Source: Ranitomeya imitator
Taxonomy: Eukaryota
Direction of reading: 5' to 3'
Length of the DNA stretch: 64,000 bases
Assembly (NCBI RefSeq): GCF_032444005.1
Contig: NC_091289.1
Coordinates: forward strand, 179,676,001-179,740,000
Shown here: one piece after another, positions 60,001 to 64,000 of the stretch
How positions within the stretch are numbered: position 1 is the stretch's first letter
How the letters are laid out: each line of letters opens with the position of its first letter
Position numbers and translations under genes: made by a program
The notes under the pieces: model-generated
Databases searched by the model: none
What the model saw: the letters and a program-made list of their open reading frames with translations, nothing else
Told to the model about the DNA's origin: nothing

Positions 60001-62896
60001 GAGCCCGTGTCGGCGGCTTCCTGTCTTCTATGTGTTTGGCCGTAAGGCTGTGAACGTGGATCTCTGTTCTGAGGCTTTTCGGGATCTGTTCCCTGCACGA
60101 GACGCTCCGGTCGTGGTTTTCGGAGATGTCGTCTACGATCACATTCTAGGTATGTGCATGCTGCAACCTCCACCTGCATCAGCCATAATAAGAATTTAAA
60201 AGACTAAATATACTTTGTTTTTATTTTTTATTTTTCCCAGCATGGAAAGTTATGAAACTTTGCAAATCACTTTATTAGATTTTGTCTTTATTCTTGTAAA
60301 AAAAAAAAAAAAAACCCTTGCAAGTGGAGATCAAAATTCATCTTTTCCCCTAGTCTATCGCTCTGTCTTCAGCTGAGGCAAATATACTGGGGAAAAGCGG
60401 GGGATCAGACAAAATCCCCCAATAAAGTAATTGACAAAGTTTTATAACTTTCCATCCTGGACAAAGTTTTGAAACTTTGTTTATGACCCTTGTATGTGCT
60501 GATGCTCTACCGCTGTCCGCCTGCAGGTGTCGCTCTTGTTAATGCTTCTATACTTTCCTCATTGATGTCACCTTGCCAGGAAAGCGACTTATAAATGTTG
60601 CTGATCATGGAGCTTTTGGTAAAGAATAAGTGGCCTGGTCCATTACTCTCCCTCTTTTGTCCGCAGGGGAGCTGGAGACACGTTTTGCAGCCGTTTATCC
60701 ACGGGTCGTCTTTTGTAAAGTGTCTTGGCTGGAAGAGGCGCCCTCTGGTGGTGAGGTCTGTAAGTTTGGCAGGAGGTTCTGTCCTGACCCCGGACTGTGG
60801 CCGGACGGCTACAGCGTCTTCTACGTGGGAGGAGAAGGTGCGACGCTCAGTAATCTCCTGCTGACCTGGCCACGTTGCTCCTTCTTCAGTTTCAACCCAG
60901 TGACCAACGAGTCCAGGAGGGAAGGAGTCCACGTCAACCGGGCGCTCATGAAGCGCTTCTACCTGATAGAGAAGGCACGGGACGCCCAGGTGGTGGGGAT
61001 CCTGGTGGGCACCCTGGGGGTCTCTGACTACCTGTCGGCTCTGTCTCACCTGAAGAGCATCATCCATCGGGCCGGTAAGAAGAGCTACATGCTGTCTATG
61101 GGGAAGCTGAACCCCGCCAAGCTGGCCAACTTCCCGGAGGTGGACATCTTCGTGCTGGTGGCCTGTCCCGAAAACTCACTTTTGGACTCTTCGGATTTCT
61201 ACCGGCCAATCGTCACCCCGGATGAGATGGAGGTGGCCTGTAACCCGGCGCGGGAATGGGGCGGCCGCTGCATCACCGACTTCCGGGAATTACTTCCAGG
61301 TAAGTAGAGGGACAATGAAGGACGTGGACAATGGCGGTAGGAAGGAGTCACAGATCGTGGATGTGTTCCAGTGGAGCAGAGCTGCAGTGCAAAGCACAAG
61401 GGAGGTAAATAAGCTGAGGTTTATCTTACACTCGTGTGTCTTTTCCTGTGTGATTTGGCATAGGTGGTCCAGCTCATGTGGAGTTTCCAGAGATTGACCC
61501 TGAAGACGCAGAACGGGCAGATGTTTCTCTGATTACGGGGGAGATGAGATCTCTTCGATTCTCATCTGCGGTGGCGCAAGCATCAGAAGAGGCAGAACGT
61601 GCGAGCCTCGTACCCCGGAACAGTAACACCGCAGTGGCAGAGCTGGGACCTGCAGGTAACGGGCGGCCATCATTGTCATCTGACCCAAGCACAAAACTGC
61701 TATTAGCAGAGTGTCCTGTGACGCCCCCTACAGCCCCACGGGGAATTTACACGTTATTGCCCGCAGTTTAATTTTTTTTACTGTACTCTTGTCAGTCATG
61801 CCCAGAGCTGCACTCACAATTCTTCAGTTTCATTTTTTACTATGCTCTAGTCTCGCCCAGATCTTAACTTGTTCTCCTAACATATACTTTAGTCACACCC
61901 AGAGCTGCACTCACAATTCTGCAGTTTCATTTTTTACTATGCTCTAGTCTCGCCCAGATCTGCGCGTGTTCTCCTATCATATACTTTAGTCACATCCAGA
62001 GCTGCACTCACAATTCTGCAGTTTCATATTTTTTACTATGCTCTAGTCTCGCCCAGATCTGCGCGTGTTCTCCTATCATATACTTTAGTCACATCCAGAG
62101 CTGCACTCACAATTCTGCAGTTTCATTTTTTACTATGCTCTAGTCTCGCCCAGATCTGCGCGTGTTCTCCTATCATATACTTTAGTCACATCCAGAGCTG
62201 CACTCACAATTCTGCAGTTTCATTTTTTACTATGTTCTAGTCTCGCCCAGATCTGCACTTGTTCTCCTATCATATACTTTAGTCACACCCAGAGCTGCAC
62301 TCACAATTCTGCAGTTTCATTTTTTACTATGCTCTAGTCTCGCCCAGATCTTAACTTGTTCTCCTATCATATACTTTAGTCATATCCAGAACTGCACTCA
62401 CAATTCTGCAGTTTCATTTTTTACTATGTTCTAGTCTCGCCCAGATCTGCGCGTGTTCTCCTATCATATACTTTAGTCACACCCAGAGCTGCACTCACAA
62501 TACTACAGTTTCATTTTTTTACCATGCTCTAGTCTCGCCCAGATCTGCACTTGTTCTTCTATCATATACTTTAGTCACATCCAGAGCTGCACTCACAATT
62601 CTGGAATTTCATTATATATTATACACTAGTCACAGACAGACCTGCACTTACAATGCTATGGTTTTACTATGTCGTATTCTCTAGTTACATCCAGTGCTGC
62701 ATCCACAGTTTTGCAATTTCTTTTTTGCTCTTACTCCGGCTCTTTCCTTCATTCCTTCCTTTCTTCCTCAGCGTCCTTCCTGTCCTCCCGGAGTTGGCAG
62801 GGACTGGACAAGGCTCTGGGAGAGACGCCAGTTGTAAAAGCCACGGAGGGACGTAGAGGGATCGCGATAGCCTATGAGGATGAAGTAAACGGCTGA
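57085..62896 (+). CDS. DPH2: Diphthamide biosynthesis protein 2; join(57085..57243,59094..59206,59929..60149,60667..61299,61464..61655,62772..62896), 480 aa
   Basis: Six GT-AG exons in phase (1443 nt); DPH2 motifs [55 protein letters not shown] and RSWQGL...[10 protein letters not shown]. Confidence 0.96.
57253..58880. repeat. ~1.6-kb GC-rich minisatellite, 15-bp unit (CCCTCTGCCCCGCGT and variants), in DPH2 intron 1
   Basis: Directly visible; starts 10 nt after the exon 1 donor. Confidence 0.97.
59373..59840. mobile_element. Small piggyBac-type (TTAA) MITE in DPH2 intron 2
   Basis: TTAA|CCCCTTC ... GAAGGGG|TTAA. Confidence 0.7.
61790..62605. repeat. ~97-bp tandem array (~9 copies) in DPH2 intron 5
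   Basis: CCAGAGCTGCACTCACAATTCTGCAGTTTCATTTTTTACTATGCTCTAGTCTCGCCCAGATC... repeated. Confidence 0.93.
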
Positions 62897-64000
62897 TGTC
62901 AGGGGTCTCCGGTGACCAGTGCCCTTCCGCTGTGACGGAGGCTCCTCGATGCTTATCCTCCACGGCGTCTCCCTGCAGTAAATGGCGCTGTCCCCGATCC
63001 TGCGCTGCGCCGGACGCTCGTGTCACCCATGCGGGGGGCGGTCGCTGGTCTCGCTGCCTCCTGACTGTCGGGACCTCAGTGATGGACGATGAGGATCTGC
63101 TCGCTCTGCTGCAGACACTACAGAACCATCATCTCCCGGTGAGCGGCTCCTAGCTGTCCATATCTCCTCGTTGCTCCGGGCCGCTGGTTCCCGCTGAACG
63201 CTGCGCCGGGTTCATCATTGCTTTTAGCAACCGATCCAACAAAAAAATGGAGTTTCTGACCAATTACAGGACCATTTCCATAGATAAAATGTAATCTATG
63301 AATATAAAAAAAAGTTGTACAAAGTTTTATTTTGCATTTTTTAAAGCTATCTGCTTGGAGTCGGGGACTAAGGGGCATTTTTGTTTATGTCCTGGACACC
63401 AGTCATTGTGCAACTAAGCCGGTACTGTTTATCATTGCTGCACCTTTAAGGAGCAGAAGTGCAGGGTAAAGCATGGAGGATAGACCTGAGATTCTAATGA
63501 GACAGGTGTGGATTTCAGACTATGCAGCTAAGCTGGCGTTATTGATGTTAGCCCAGACGGAGATAAAATAGTTAAAGGGACTCACCGGGGAAGATATGTT
63601 ATCACCTGTCCATAGGATAGGTGATAGCTTGGGAGATCGGTGCCAGCGCCAGGCAGTCCAATAGGGAATGATTGCAGCAGCCGTCCATTGTAATGGGGAG
63701 AAAGTGCCCTGTTCTGCTGATCGGTGCCGATCCCAGCAGTCCCATAGGTAATTACTTATCTGCATCCCTTTAAGGATTAAAAGGGGCATTTGCCTTAAAT
63801 AACAGCAGAGCTCATTCACTTTTTCTTACATAATTAGAGAAGGATAAATATTTTGTAGAATTGGAAATTCGTCTACCGCACACCATTGGGGTGACTGCTT
63901 TCCTGCCATTTGCTACATGGCCACTAGATGGCGACTTTATTGCAGGATTGTTTATGAAGTCTTCAAGCTGAACTGGATCTGGCGCTGGTACCGGAGGGCA

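Noticed and set aside
1-64000. tRNA, rRNA, snRNA or snoRNA genes
   Set aside because: No convincing A/B boxes, cloverleaf or paired C/D boxes found by eye; tRNAscan-SE/Infernal would be needed to exclude them

Overview
This is eukaryotic, repeat-rich vertebrate DNA whose transposon families look anuran (frog); the species cannot be determined from the sequence. There are no prokaryotic features and no CRISPR array. Three complete spliced protein-coding genes can be reconstructed with canonical GT-AG sites and intact frames: TMEM69 (+, 246 aa), IPP/KLHL27 (-, 584 aa) and DPH2 (+, 480 aa). IPP and DPH2 are head-to-head; TMEM69 and IPP are tail-to-tail. A fourth gene starts at a CpG island near 27.9 kb on the - strand and shows only candidate non-coding leader exons here; by synteny it is probably GPBP1L1. 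The rest is mostly transposons. (i) A near full-length L2 LINE with a 2A-like motif, split by a 4.6-kb TTAA element carrying telomere-like and ~390-bp tandem arrays. (ii) A nest at 31.5-39.6 kb with at least four levels (Kolobok/T2-like > Kolobok/T2-like > Harbinger MITE > DIRS1 with both ITRs and ICR). (iii) A Tc1 copy. (iv) Many Harbinger-type MITEs with a constant double-hairpin core and interchangeable arms. (v) Penelope remnants with minimal hammerhead-like motifs. (vi) Several intronic or UTR minisatellites. I found no clearly new protein-coding system. The best leads are the modular MITE family, the hammerhead-like family around TMEM69, the composite telomeric/satellite element, and the G-rich VNTR beside the IPP/DPH2 promoter. 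All calls are by eye and need database or experimental confirmation.
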